This document shows, piece after piece, positions 14,442-27,309 of a DNA stretch of 64,000 nt. A program made the position numbers and the translations under genes. The stretch comes from Azolla caroliniana. Its lineage: Eukaryota; Plantae; Polypodiophyta. Under the pieces are notes generated by a model. That model was not told the origin of the DNA. It did not search any database and was given only the letters and a program-made list of their open reading frames with translations. Location of the stretch: assembly GCA_043228905.1 (NCBI GenBank), contig JBHGNT010000003.1:11780001-11844000 (forward strand). The letters are read 5' to 3'. How positions within the stretch are numbered: the first letter of the stretch is position 1; the number at the start of each line of letters is the position of its first letter.

Positions 14442-16846
14442 ATGCCGATACCTATTTCTACCGCCTTGCGTCGATGGCTCGTGGAGAAACGCTTGGATGG
14501 ATACATCAGAGTCGCCGAGGCACCTCCCCACCCTGACGCACTGGACATCGCTGCAAAGCTCCATATTGACACGGTCACCACACATCCATCCGGAAAAAGC
14601 CTGACCTATCATCACTAGGCGAAAGGCATTTTGAAATTCCTCCTACGGAAACTTTGCAGAGATATTTCGGGCCATATTCGACGTCCGCCAATGCATACAG
14701 AACGAAGGAAATCCCCGACCCCTTTTTCCGCGAAATAGCCAAGTTCCTGTTGGAGGTCGGATGCGTACATATAAATGCATATGGGATGTCCAAGTAGAAG
14801 GCAGGTATCATCATTGATACCTTTGAAGGGCGCACGGTCGATTGGGGGGTCATTACGGGACCAGCGTTACGAGAAGGCCTGCACGAATATCGAGGAAAAA
14901 AGCTAATGCCTATCATACAATAGTATCTGACGATACTATTCCCACCCCGCAGACTGCTGGCACCGCAGCCCAGCAAACCCACGCCACCGCCACGATCCGC
15001 GAAGCGAAGGTTAGCACAGTTGGCCACCATAGAGTGGGAAGATGAACCCCAAGTAGCCTAGACAAACACGCGGATAACACAGGAAGAATGGGCGGAGCGC
15101 AATGAGGAAGCTGTGCAGGAGCCAGAAGCCGATCCAAGTCAAGGGAGCCCAAGGCCAAAACAGTGGAGGCTGGACAAGAAAGATGGGTGCGGGTTAGTTA
15201 AAGACACACTCGCGGCCATAGAGACGACGACCGTGGTCAACAACTCCATAACTACGGAGCCCAACACCACCTTCGAAATAATCCGGGAACCACATCCGAT
15301 CATTACGGCCCAGTCACAGTGGGGGAAAGGTGTATTTACGGCAAAAAGAGAGGTCCTGGCGTATCCGGACATTCCAGACACGGCCCATGAGTTCGGCGCA
15401 CTATTACAGTTCGGAACCACTTTTGAACTCATGGAATTTTTGGCAACACAACAAATAAACGTCTCACAACGAATGGCCGAGGAGCACGCGGAGCGCCAAA
15501 TGATCGAGCGTGCATTAACACAAACTGTGGAAAGTGATGATGAGGAGCAGTTAGCCAGAGTCGGCAAACAGCGGAACGCCGATATACGTTGAATGGGGAT
15601 GGAACTACCCCCATTAAACGCGGCCCTTGTCAAAGTTCATAGGGAACTGGTGAAGGTAAGTATGGGCGCCAAGGATATGGCGATTAAAAATAAAAATGTC
15701 TGGAATATTGTTAAACTGACCCAAAAAGAGCTACATAAGGCCAACGCACGCATCACGAAGTTGGAACGTAACGCGACTACGGTGCAGCAGGCAGCTCAAC
15801 CAATAGCCAATGCCGCTGAGGCCCTGAGAGAAGAAATTGAAGCCTAGACCACCATTGTCTCAAAAGAAAAATGGGTCGTGCAACTTGCGGAATCAGAGAT
15901 TCACCGTCTCCACTCCGAACTTCGCCAGTCCTCGGACAGAGAAATGGACATCCGGGCCAATGGCCGAAAGGTAATGAAGACCCTTGAAGAGAAACTCGTA
16001 GCAGAGGCAGCACAACACACGTGCACGAAAGAAGAAAACGCCAAACTACGGGAGGAAGCGAAAAAATTGGAAGCGGCGATTACGGGACTCTAGGGGTTAT
16101 TAGACAAAAAGAAAGCATGGTTCGACGAGCAGCTAGTAGCGGAACAGGAGAGGAGGCATCAGCTCGAAATCCGCCTAAACAATGAAATGGGAAAACTGGA
16201 AGAGTTACATTCGAAGGAATCTCAGCTATGGGCAGGAATGAGGAGCACTTATGAGGAAGCGACGGCGGTTAGTAAACAAGAAATCAAAAACCTCAAGAAA
16301 ACCGTAGAAGAAGCACGCAACTGTTGGTAGGCAATAACCGACAACATGTGCATACTTCTTCAAACAAATCGGGAGAGGTTTACGGCACAATTCTGGATAC
16401 AAGAGGAACCTCAGCTCATGTCACCGGAAATAACCGCTACGGTGGACAGCACGGAATGGCAAGCGGAGCCCCTCGCGATACCAGAAAGCGAAACCGCCGA
16501 CCAAGAGGAACCCCAACCCCATTCATCGAAGCGTACGACTACGGCCAACACCACGGAGGAAGTTACGGACAAGACAAAACCTCGACCTACCGCGAGCCCG
16601 CCGACGGCTGAACCAACCACAATAGCACAAGATGAGCCAGCAGAGCCCGGACCGCCCACACAAGAAGCCAACGACACCATGGGAAGCCCTACTAAGCAAG
16701 TAGTGGAACCATGCAACGACGCGCCTACGGACACTACGCCATCCCCGGACCCGGGCACCGGAGTAGAACCAAACATTAGGGCCATTGGAGGAAGATTAAA
16801 GGGGTGGATCCGACGTGCCATGGCACTGTCCCACAGGCGTGCCACG
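14442..16846 (+). pseudogene. B1 extra ORF downstream of integrase (env position): N-terminal globular domain, long coiled coil, acidic P/T/E tail
   Basis: MPIPISTALRRWLVEK.. and ORFs 15113, 15593, 15878, 16346; homologous to B2 54854-57451. Confidence 0.75.
16828..16844 (+). promoter_or_regulatory. Anti-PBS / tRNA-Arg 3'-end mimic in the PPT position (B1)
   Basis: GTCCCACAGGCGTGCCA, 2 nt before the LTR-initial TG; reverse complement of the family PBS is GTCCCACCGGGCGTGCCA. Confidence 0.8.
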
Positions 16847-17274
16847 TGTTGTCCGCCAGAATAGTAACTGACGGAAAAGAGCGGAGAAATATAGAATATA
16901 GTAAAAACGTAATGCATGTAAACGGTTCACGTGGTAGGCATGAACCGCTAAAAGACCCTGTGTATATAAAGGGAAGAAATCCTCTGATAGAGGTAGCGTG
17001 TAATTTTGAATGCAGAAAGCGTATCTTAATAGAGTTCTATCTTCTCTGATCCATTTGTGTATCTATGGTTAATCTACTGTGTGTCTGTGATTCTTGGTGG
17101 TGTAGCGTAATCGTAAGGGCGTAGGCGTGAGTGATAGTGCGGTTACTAGTGCACGGTCTAAGGAGTTCGGTTGTAGCTGTCTCCTTTATACACTACTAGG
17201 ATACGGGAGGTATCCCATTAAGTATTACGGTATGATGGTACCATTCGTTGCAACGCAGTCACTTTGAGGTCTAG
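16847..17274 (+). repeat. 3' LTR of B1 (last ~40 bp missing)
   Basis: TGTTGTCCGCCAGAATAGTAAC.., similar to B2 LTRs; TATATAAAGGG box. Confidence 0.9.
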
Positions 17275-19930
17275 AAGTATGCAATCCCGGGATAATCGAG
17301 TATGCAATTATTGTAAGAAACCCGAACACATCAAAGCCGATTGTTGCGCACTCAAAACCAAAAACGACAAAGCTCAACAAGTGGATTAGAAGACTGGCCA
17401 ATTAATTATGTCGGCTCTTCAATCGAAGTACTATCGGGCAACCCGAACATACTATCCATTGAGAACCCAATCAAATCAGAAGTTTTGCTTACGACTAAGG
17501 AATCGAGCACATGGCTCTAGGATTCAGGCGCTTCATATCATGTGACCCCTCATCCATCCCAATTTCGGCAATACTCGGTGCAGCATTCCGACTCAATTCG
17601 AGTCAAAAATTCGCAACACTACGCCATAATCAGGATCGGCACTATAGAGCTCAACCTTCTGAGTGGCTCCACATTAGTACTACACAATGTCCGACATGTA
17701 GCTGAGCTCTTGAGACCTTTGATCTTAGTTAGGCAATTGGATGAAGACAGCATCCCTGCCGGCTTCTCATCGGGCCGGTGGACACTCCAGAAGGGGATTG
17801 TCCTGCTTGCTCAAGAACCAAAAGTACATTCATTGTACCCATTATACGTCACACTCAAAGAAGGTGACTTGTTCCAAGTTGATATCTCCATGTCATCCCT
17901 ATGGCATGGACGATTCAGACACCTCATCAAGGCCGACATCATGCATTTACCTAGAGTGGAACTAATGAATGAATCGGAAAATTCAAGAAAGGAAAGTTTG
18001 CATGCTCCAACACTCTAGACTATCGGATGGCTTATGTGTAGAGGACCTACTTACGACAGTACACATAATCAACATGTCATCAAGTAGACCTCTAGGACTT
18101 CGAATACCTCAGGAATTATGGACCGACAGTAAGCCGAATTACGACAAACTCAAGATTTTCGGGTGTGAGGCGTACACCGTCATCCCAAAAGACAACCGCC
18201 AAAAACTCGAACCACGGTCCAAGAAATGTGGTTTCCTTGGTTATGGACCAGATGGCGAAATCGGATACCGACTCTAGGACCTTGAGCCCGGACAGATCGT
18301 CCGAAGTTCGGACGTAGCATTCAATGAGTCGGTTATGCATAAGACAACCGAAAGGCCTATTGAAATTCGAAGGGTAACTTTTTCCGAAGTGCCGACCCTT
18401 CACGAAGGCCCAGGTCATAACACGAGATCGGCTTCATGGGTTGCCAAATCCTCAAGCCCCAACTTGACAACACTCGATTTGAAACAACCGAATGGTTCGG
18501 CTCTGGACCATCCAAACTCGATACCCGATGCGACTAGCCCAGTCATACCTCGAAGATCCGAGGAAGTGTTGCAGCCCCCGGAGAGTTACTATCCCGGCAT
18601 ATTCTTTACGGACACCAGTGAACCAACTTCATACGAAGATGCATTAGCATCGGCCGATTCGGCCACAAGGCATCTGGCGATGGAGTCGGAAATGAACTCC
18701 ATTCAGATAAACAAAACATGGGACCTGGTCAAATTACTGAAAACTCGACGCGCTCTTCCGTCGGTCTACAGACTAAAAGAGACGTATGATTCGGCCACCC
18801 CTAAATCCAACGCCAGACTAGTAGTGAAAGGGTTTTGACAAGAATATGGCGTCGATTTTGATGAAATCTTTTCACTGGTGGTGAAAATGACAACCCTCAG
18901 CTTTATGCTCGGTGTAGTGGCAGCCGCTCAAGATGGGTCCCTCATCTTCCTCATCATCTTCGTGGACAACATGCTACTCTCTGGTACGCATGCCGAAGAG
19001 CTCGCCGAACTTGTTCGGCAACTACGGTTGAAGTTTTCCATGAAGGACCTCGGTCCGGCAAAACACATTCTTGGCATCAAGATCAGTTGGAATCAAAATC
19101 GAAGACAATTGTTTTTATCTCAATCTGACTACATTGGACGTGTCTTAGAACGTGTCAACATGCAATCGACAAAATCAGCTTTGACCCCCGTCCCCATTGG
19201 CACTCGGCTATCTCAGCAAGTTTGTCTGACATCCGGTTCGGAGGGGGAAATTATGAAGTCGGTACCATATGTACCAGCAATCGGCACCTTAATGTTTGCG
19301 ATGGTCGCTACACGGCCTGACATTGCTCACATCATTGGAGTCATCAGTAGATTCATGCACAATCTAGGTCAATCGCACTGGAATGCGGTAAAGCATGTGT
19401 TTAGATATCTAATGGGCACAAAAGACTATGGCATCCTGTCCGGCCCGAATGACACTTCAAGCGTCGTCAGTTACACCAACTCGGACTTTGCCGGCTCTGT
19501 GGACAATAAAAAATCGACAACCGGTTATTGCTTCAAATTTGGCAACGGAGCGATCTCGTGGAAATCGGAACTCCATGAGTGCACTGCTACATCAACAACC
19601 AAGGCCGAATACGTAGTCGTGTCGGACGCAGCGAAAGAAGCTTTATGGCTCGGTCGAATAGCATGCACGTTTCGACAAGTAGAATACGGCTCGGCTCCCG
19701 TTGTCTACATCGACAGTCAGGGCGTTGTTTCTCTATCAAAAAATCAGGTTCATCACAAAACCTCCAAGAATATCGACGTTTGATGTCACTTTGTTTAGGA
19801 CAACGTCATTTCAGGAAAAATCGGCCTTGAGAAGATACCTACAACCGATAATGTTGTAGACGAGATGACCAAGTGTCTTTCAACAGATCAATTTCGATCC
19901 CTTCGGCACAAGATGGGTGTAGTGAAGAAT
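17275..19930 (+). pseudogene. pol: Copia G gag-pol remainder (zinc knuckle, PR, partial INT, RT with deletions, RNase H)
   Basis: CNYCKKPEHIKADC; W L*DSGASYH; KIFGCEAY; FSMKDLG; YTNSDFAG..KSTTGY. Confidence 0.9.
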
Positions 19931-20154
19931 CAGTCTGGTTGAGTTGGACACCTAGGATGGTTTCGGGCAATCGTTATCAACTGCTCGAGGTTTGGTCTTA
20001 GCCCCTCCAATTCTGGCCGATTCAGACTTCTGTTTGTTCGGAGTTTACCAACTCGAACAGAAATGTGACCTGTTCGATAACCTTGGACAAATCTGTATTG
20101 TACACTTGCTTTCCTTACTATAGATTTCCGTTGTATACGCCCATTACGGGGGAG

Positions 20155-20430
20155 TGTTGAATACTGGTCTATAATGATCATATTCACATAGTATCCTAGA
20201 AAAAGTAGATTTAGGAGATTTTTGTAAATATGTCAAAGGGCAGTTGCCCTAGCCCAATTAGTACATAATGGGCTTTGTAACCTAGTTCGTTAAGGTTGTT
20301 CATCTTGTATATTGTGCCGTTGAGAGCTTGAGTAATACCGTTCATCTTGTGCCTACACTTTCTCTTTTCTCTTCTTCTTATAGTCATGTTGATCTTGTTG
20401 ATTGGTTAAGTTGCTTGTTGTCATCAATCT
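20155..20430 (+). repeat. Probable 3' LTR of Copia G (end uncertain)
   Basis: PPT ACGGGGGAG immediately before TGTTGAA. Confidence 0.6.
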
Positions 20431-20438
20431 ACTTTATG

Positions 20439-22657
20439 TGTACCTGTAAAATGATATTTCACTAGAGGATGCTAAGATTGTTCTGCACCTACACAACCGC
20501 ATTCTCAACAGAGAGCATTGGGCCGCTGTCAAGTCGATACTCTGGTACCTGAAAGGCACCTTGAGTGTGTGCCTCCGATTCGGCTTAGGTAAACCCCAAC
20601 TGGAAGGTTTTACTGATTCAAACATGTCGACTGCTGTAGATACCAGTTGGTCCATGTCCGGGTATGTCATGACCTATGCCGGGGGAGCCATATCGTGGCA
20701 GTCGAGGCTGCAAAATTCCGTAGCACTGTCAACCACGGAAGCGGAGTACATGGCAGATGTAGAATCCAACAAGGAAGTGATCTGGATGAAGGACTTCATC
20801 GGAGATCTAGGGATCCGACAAGAGGAATTACGCCTCTACTCCAATAGTCAAAGTGCCATTAACCTCGCAAACAATGCATCCTACCATTCTAGGGCCAAGC
20901 AAATCTAGAGGAGATATCACTAGCTCTAGAAGTGGGTAGAAGTTAAACACTTTGCTCTGATGAAGATTCATAGGGAGGAGAATGGGTCTGAGATGTTGAC
21001 CAAGGTGATATCAGCTGACAAGCTGGACGCATGTTGGAAACGGATTGGATTGGCAAGACATCACATGCCGTAGTGAAGGGGGAGTTTCTTGGGAAAACGG
21101 TCCCTCCGTATGGGAACCCGACGAGCCAGGGGAAGAAACCAGACCGGATGGATCCAGAAGGCAAACCGAAAACCGGATCAGATGGATCCAGAAGGTATCC
21201 CGTATAGTTCACCTTCCGTGCACCCAAAAATGCCATGTTGCCATGTGGGTTGTAGTTGATGGACTAACTAAAATGACCAAGTTTATTGTGTGTGGAATAG
21301 TGCACGGCCACAACCGAATCTCACTCACTCAATGGAAGAAAACAGAAAAATAAGACAACACAGGATGTTAACGTGGAAACCCCTACTCGGGAAAAAGCAC
21401 AGGAGCCCACAAACTCCAACTATCACTATGAGATGCAGGATACAATACGAGACTAAGAGGCAACGACCTCGAGCTCTATATCATCGCCAATCGGCGGTTA
21501 CAGCAGAAAATAAATCTGTTTCTCTCTCACTCTCTCTATCTCTCTCTGTACCTGTAAAATGATATTTCACTAGAGGATGCTAAGATTGTTCTGCACCTAC
21601 ACAACCGCATTCTCAACAGAGAGCATTGGGCCGCTGTCAAGTCGATACTCTGGTACCTGAAAGGCACCTTGAGTGTGTGCCTCCGATTCGGCTTAGGTAA
21701 ACCCCAACTGGAAGGTTTTACTGATTCAAACATGTCGACTGCTGTAGATACCAGTTGGTCCATGTCCGGGTATGTCATGACCTATGCCGGGGGAGCCATA
21801 TCGTGGCAGTCGAGGCTGCAAAATTCCGTAGCACTGTCAACCACGGAAGCGGAGTACATGGCAGATGTAGAATCCAACAAGGAAGTGATCTGGATGAAGG
21901 ACTTCATCGGAGATCTAGGGATCCGACAAGAGGAATTACGCCTCTACTCCAATAGTCAAAGTGCCATTAACCTCGCAAACAATGCATCCTACCATTCTAG
22001 GGCCAAGCAAATCTAGAGGAGATATCACTAGCTCTAGAAGTGGGTAGAAGTTAAACACTTTGCTCTGATGAAGATTCATAGGGAGGAGAATGGGTCTGAG
22101 ATGTTGACCAAGGTGATATCAGCTGACAAGCTGGACGCATGTTGGAAACGGATTGGATTGGCAAGACATCACATGCCGTAGTGAAGGGGGAGTTTCTTGG
22201 GAAAACGGTCCCTCCGTATGGGAACCCGACGAGCCAGGGGAAGAAACCAGACCGGATGGATCCAGAAGGCAAACCGAAAACCGGATCAGATGGATCCAGA
22301 AGGTATCCCGTATAGTTCACCTTCCGTGCACCCAAAAATGCCATGTTGCCATGTGGGTTGTAGTTGATGGACTAACTAAAATGACCAAGTTTATTGTGTG
22401 TGGAATAGTGCACGGCCACAACCGAATCTCACTCACTCAATGGAAGAAAACAGAAAAATAAGACAACACAGGATGTTAACGTGGAAACCCCTACTCGGGA
22501 AAAAGCACAGGAGCCCACAAACTCCAACTATCACTATGAGATGCAGGATACAATACGAGACTAAGAGGCAACGACCTCGAGCTCTATATCATCGCCAATC
22601 GGCGGTTACAGCAGAAAATAAATCTGTTTCTCTCTCACTCTCTCTATCTCTCTCTGT
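20439..22657 (+). repeat. Tandem duplication with 1108-bp period of a chimeric Copia RH / LTR / Gypsy-integrase segment
   Basis: ORFs 20561/21669, 20647/21755 and 21045/22153 are identical at offset 1108; TGT microhomology at the junction. Confidence 0.95.
20490..21210 (+). mobile_element. Copia 3' fragment (RNase H, PPT, start of LTR), relative of E/F; repeated at 21598-22318
   Basis: FTDSNMS..SGYVMTYAGGAISWQSRLQ..STTEAEY; PPT GTGAAGGGGGAG. Confidence 0.85.
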
Positions 22658-23507
22658 CTACACAACAAAGCAATAACCACTACAATGATAACAAGAACAT
22701 ACACTATTTGACCTAGTTATATTTATACTCATACAACTTATAGGCTATTTAAAATATGACCTGAATGGTCACATCTGAACATATCTACAAATATGTTCCT
22801 ACTTGCTAGTTTATACCGGATCCGGTCAGACTCCTTCTGGATCCATCCGATCCGATTCCTTCCTTCGTCTCAACTGATCCAGCTCATCTAGTTCTCATCC
22901 GGATCCCATCCGGAGGGACTTGTTTCCCAACAAACTCCCCCTTCACTCTGGTATGGGATGTCTCATCAGTCACATCCGTCTCCGACACGTGTCCTACTTG
23001 TCGGCTGACAACACCTTCATCAGCATGTCCGACCCGTTCTCCTCTGTATGGATCTTCGTCAGCAAGACCTCTTTACCTTCTACCCTCTCCCAGAGCCAGT
23101 GATATCTCCTCTGGATGTACTTGGTCCAAGAGTGGTAGGTCGTGTTCTTCGCGAGGTGGATGGCACCATGACTGTCATAGTAGAGTTGGAATTCCTCCTA
23201 CTGGATCCAAGCTCTCCGATGAAGTCCTTCATTCAGATTACCTCTTTGTCAGCTTTTAGACTTCTGTTGTCGATAGTGTAATGGATTTCTACAGCCTTGA
23301 CTGCCACGATACGACTCCCCCTGCATATGTCATAACATATTCGGACGTTGATCGGCTGGTATCCGCATTAGCCGATCCAAATTCGTGAATCCTTCAAGTT
23401 GGGGTTTACTTGAGCCGAATCGGAGGCACATACTCGAGGTACCTTTCAAATACCGGAGTATCCATTTGACGACGGTTCAGTGTTCTCTTCCCGGATTGCT
23501 CATGAAC
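22396..23507 (-). mobile_element. Copia F 3' end: LTR ~22396-22932, PPT, RNase H
   Basis: LTR similar to Copia E LTR (GATGTT.ACGTGGAAACCCTA..); CTCCCCCTTCAC = PPT on minus; RH homologous to 31350-31930. Confidence 0.85.
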
Positions 23508-23510
23508 AGG

Positions 23511-23970
23511 TGTCATAGTGTGGCTCGCCCAGAAGCGCAGCGTAGCATTGCATAGACAAAAGATATCGTGAAAGTGAGGAAGGAATCACTAGGATTATGG
23601 ACGGAAGAGACAAAAGAGTAGAGATAGAGTAAATAGAGATCAACAAGATATGACAAGATAGGATATAGAATGATATTTGAAGGAATAAAAGAAATTTATA
23701 ATTATTTGATGAAAGAGTTACAAAATGTTTGCGAGCGTCGTTGAACCTTCGAACTTCGTCTCACAAGGTAATCGCTTTCTCTTTCTTGATAACAATCTTC
23801 ACTTCAATATTTTGATAAAGATAAGAATCAAACCTCCGCCCTTTCCTTGCGATTTGAGCACCACAACTGCCAAACTAGCTCTTCTCTTGTCTTTTCTTCT
23901 TCTCTTGGTCTTTCTATCTTATGATATCTCTTATGTAATATAAGGGTAAAAGCATGCAAGTGGAAAGACT
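23511..23970. other. Unassigned LTR-like fragment
   Basis: Starts TGTCATAG at an abrupt end of Copia F; non-coding; no partner in the window. Confidence 0.3.
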
Positions 23971-24815
23971 AGTATAGCTAATTAGCTACTAAAATGGCCA
24001 CAACTAATTAGCTATTTGTTTAGCTAGTTTTTTGTGGGCAAATCATAATTAGGTAAGTGGTAGCCAATTAGCTACTACCATAGTTTAGTATATTAGCTAA
24101 TTAGCTAAGTGGTAACTAATTAGCTACTACCATAGTTTAGTTGAGTAACTAAGTAGCTAAGTGGTAACTAATTAGCTAAGTGGTAGCTAATTAGCTACTA
24201 CCATAGTTTAGCTAAGTAGATAATTAGTTAAGTGGTAGCCAATTAGCTACTACCATAGTTTAGTACAATAGCTAATTAGCTAAGTCGTAGCTAATTAGCT
24301 ATGACCATACTTTAGCTAAGTAGCTAAGTAGCTAAGTGGTAGCTAATTAGCTACTACCATAGTTTAGTATAATAGCTAATTAGTTATACTACCATACTTT
24401 AGCTGAGTAGCTAATTAGCTAAGTGATAGCTAATTAGCTAAGTGATAGCTAATTAGCTACTACCATAGTTTAGTACATTAGCTAATTAGCTACTACGATA
24501 CTTTAGCTAAGTAGCTGAGTAGCTAATTAGCTACTACCATAGTTTAATACAGTAATTAATTAGCTAAATGGTAGCTAATTAGCTACTACCATAGTTTAGT
24601 ACATTAGCTAATTAGCTAAGTGGTAGCTAACTAGCTACTACCATACTTTAGTAGAGTAGCTAATGTGTTGCTATCATATTGACATAGAGTAGCTAATTAG
24701 CTAGTACCATACCTAGGTGAAGTAGCTAATTAGCTCAATGGTAGCCAATTAGCTACAGTTATTCTCTAGAAGAATAGCTAGTTAGCTAAGATGTAGCTGA
24801 GTAGCTAATTAGCAA
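23970..24815. repeat. Palindromic minisatellite (TAGCTAATTAGCTA core with TACTACCATAGTTTAG spacers), probably intronic
   Basis: Dozens of copies of the self-complementary 14-mer; ends just before an AG acceptor at 24828-24829. Confidence 0.92.
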
Positions 24816-24829
24816 CCATGTTGTTGTAG

Positions 24830-26531
24830 AATCTTGTGGATTAAGGAGGGCGCATGAGGTGTCCAGTGCTAATGACGCTACAACGGATGAGGAGATAGCT
24901 GCCAATGTGGCTGAAAGTAAGAGTCCTGCTATCAAATCTCCTTCAAATCAACTCCTCCCTATTCTTATGGAGGATGATACTGAATTAGGCAACGATGTGA
25001 AAAGCCATGAAATATTGGAAACAACATGTAAATCTGAGGTTCACAACAATAGTGTTTTTGAACACTTGATGCAACATTTCGTCGAACCCCAAAACTTGAT
25101 TCCACCCCACCGAGCCCAACTATTGATAATGTCCAAACAGATCCCACTGTACTGGAAAAGCTAGCGCAAGACACGGCTGACGTGCAAGCCGTTGTTGAGG
25201 TGATGGAAAGGTTGTCGGAGGAGGACACACTTGCAGAATGGGTCAAAGAAGCAAGGCTAAATGGGTTGTCAGCTAGAAAAAGGCTGAAGAAGGGGCCACG
25301 ATTGGGGACAATACCAGTTACTCGGTCAAGGGGCTCTTGAATTGGAGCGAAATACTTATTAGTGGGATATGATTGTTAGCGATTTTCCTAGGGTTTTATG
25401 AAGTTTTACTATGATCGATTTGGACAAGTCAAACTTCAGATTGGTTGTTGCTTCATCCACATTATGTTATGGAACTCTATGATGTTTCTCCAAGATAATT
25501 ATGTTCATGTTGTTCTATGATGGAAAATATTTCATGTTCATTATGTTGTTTTGTGAGATTGTTAGTTACTTTGTAAGTGTGAATATGTTGGTGTTTTCTG
25601 ATGTTGCAGAGTCTAAAGGGTTTGAATCTATTGCTCCTAAGGTTGATGGCAGTGTGGAAACTGTTGATGTTGCTGCGTGTTTAGAGGGCCACATCTTGAA
25701 AGAAGATGTAGCAACTGACACAAATGATCTGGTCATGCAAGTTTATCAAGCATGTTGCACAGATGATCTGATTTTGTAGGTAGATGCAACATGTGATACC
25801 AGTGGGCTGATATCGAGCAGATCAGTATCTACAGGCACTGAGCTAATGACTAAGTCGACAATACAAGAGCACTAGAATGTGAAGCCATGCCCAACACAGT
25901 CGACCAGGGGTTTGAAGAGGAAAAGGACACTGACTGTGCCGACAGAACCTGAGTTGATTGAAATTGATTGTCTGCTACCAATCATTGGTGTAATAGAGGC
26001 TCAATTACACGAATGGAAACCTAAACCATTAAAAGTCGAAAGAAGATCCTTTATCTTGGAGCTTGATAAAGTCCTGATGAGTGTGCGATATATGACACCA
26101 AGGAGGGACCCAAATCAATTTCTAGAGTGGGTTGTGAAATATTTTGATTTGTTTATTTGGACTGAAAAACCACGTACAGATGTGTGGAAGTGTGTAGAAA
26201 GTGGCGACAACATTTCTAGGGTCAGTGGACACGAGGGAATTGTGAGCAAAAGAATGTTGCAAGATTCGAAAGACTTTCTGATTTTTGGGCCACTTGGCCA
26301 GATTATAATGCTGACAATACATTGATTCTAGATATAGAACATTTTCGGCATTACTTCAACATTCGCAGATGTTGTCTCATTCTACTCGATGAAATGCCCG
26401 AACACTACTTGGTGAAAACATTGAGCTGCCAACTAACTGCATGGTTGTGGGCTCCATACCGAGCTCAATATGCAGATCATATATGTAGAGAAGTTCCACT
26501 GACATGCAAGATCTTAGCTGTTTATAGGTGA
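24830..26531 (+). pseudogene. Spliced gene fragment with C-terminal FCP1/SCP (NIF, HAD-phosphatase)-like domain
   Basis: ILELDKVL...PRRDPNQFLEWVVKYFDLFIWT resembles VLDLDETL...KRPGVDEFL...FEVVVFT; acceptor-like TTGTAG (24829) and TTGCAG (~25608). Confidence 0.55.
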
Positions 26532-27218
26532 TTTGAAGACATTGGCAATGGGATGTTATAAATATTCAATTTGATGACAAATTAATCAATGAAGAATTAA
26601 ATTGTTTATTTTGAGTAACTTATCTACTATGTAATTTTAAGAGTATGTTCAGGATTGTTGATTTCATGATAGTGCTTTTTCTTAAAATTATGCAAACTAT
26701 TTTAACTTGTACATGGTTCACTTGAGTAAATCTGTATCTCAGAAAGAAGAACCTTAAACGATATTATTAAACTGGTTTTTATGAAAGAAGAACAGAAAGA
26801 AGACTGTATATAAAAAAGACACATGATTTTATTGAGAAAGAAGCACAAAAAGTAGACTGTATATAAAAAAAAACTCCCAAACAGGTCCATTAAACTATTT
26901 ATTTGCAATACATGTGTTTTGTTTGTTTTACAAGAAAACTGGTAATTGCTACTTGTAGCTACAAATTCCATGGCATATTGTTGTAAATACATTCATACAC
27001 ATTAGCACTAACTGTGTATAACTTGAGCAACAATTGTATTGCAACATTGGGACATTGATGCACCTGAACAAATGAGAGTACATGTACACCATTAGTTTGT
27101 CTTCTAATAGCCTATACACATAATTGTAATCATCTAGTCTTGCATAAAAAATACCTTCGATGTAGAATATCCCGGTAGATACAACATTTCCCCAAGCATC
27201 TAATATATTATGCGTTGT

Positions 27219-27309
27219 TGTTACGGGCATGACCATATAAATATCCTGTGCTGAGAATTTACCGTAGTATTCTATATACGTGGATAAGTATATGGTCATG
27301 CCCGTAACA
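27219..27309. mobile_element. 91-bp mini-element made of two inverted family-A LTR 5' ends
   Basis: Perfect 21-bp terminal inverted repeat TGTTACGGGCATGACCATATA; decayed 5-bp TSD GTTGT/ATTGC. Confidence 0.85.

Larger units (their letters stand above)
1627..17274 (+). mobile_element. Gypsy B1, non-chromovirus (Phygy/Selgy/Athila-related) LTR retrotransposon with extra 3' ORF; both LTRs truncated; contains element A
   Basis: LTR tail 1627-1698, decayed Arg PBS at 1703, gag 1979-3476, PR (IDGSSG ~10670), RT 11340-12160, RH, INT to ~14090, extra ORF, 3' LTR 16847-17274; homologous along its length to B2. Confidence 0.9.

Noticed and set aside
23970-24815. CRISPR-like palindromic repeats
   Set aside because: No unique spacers, no cas genes, eukaryotic context.
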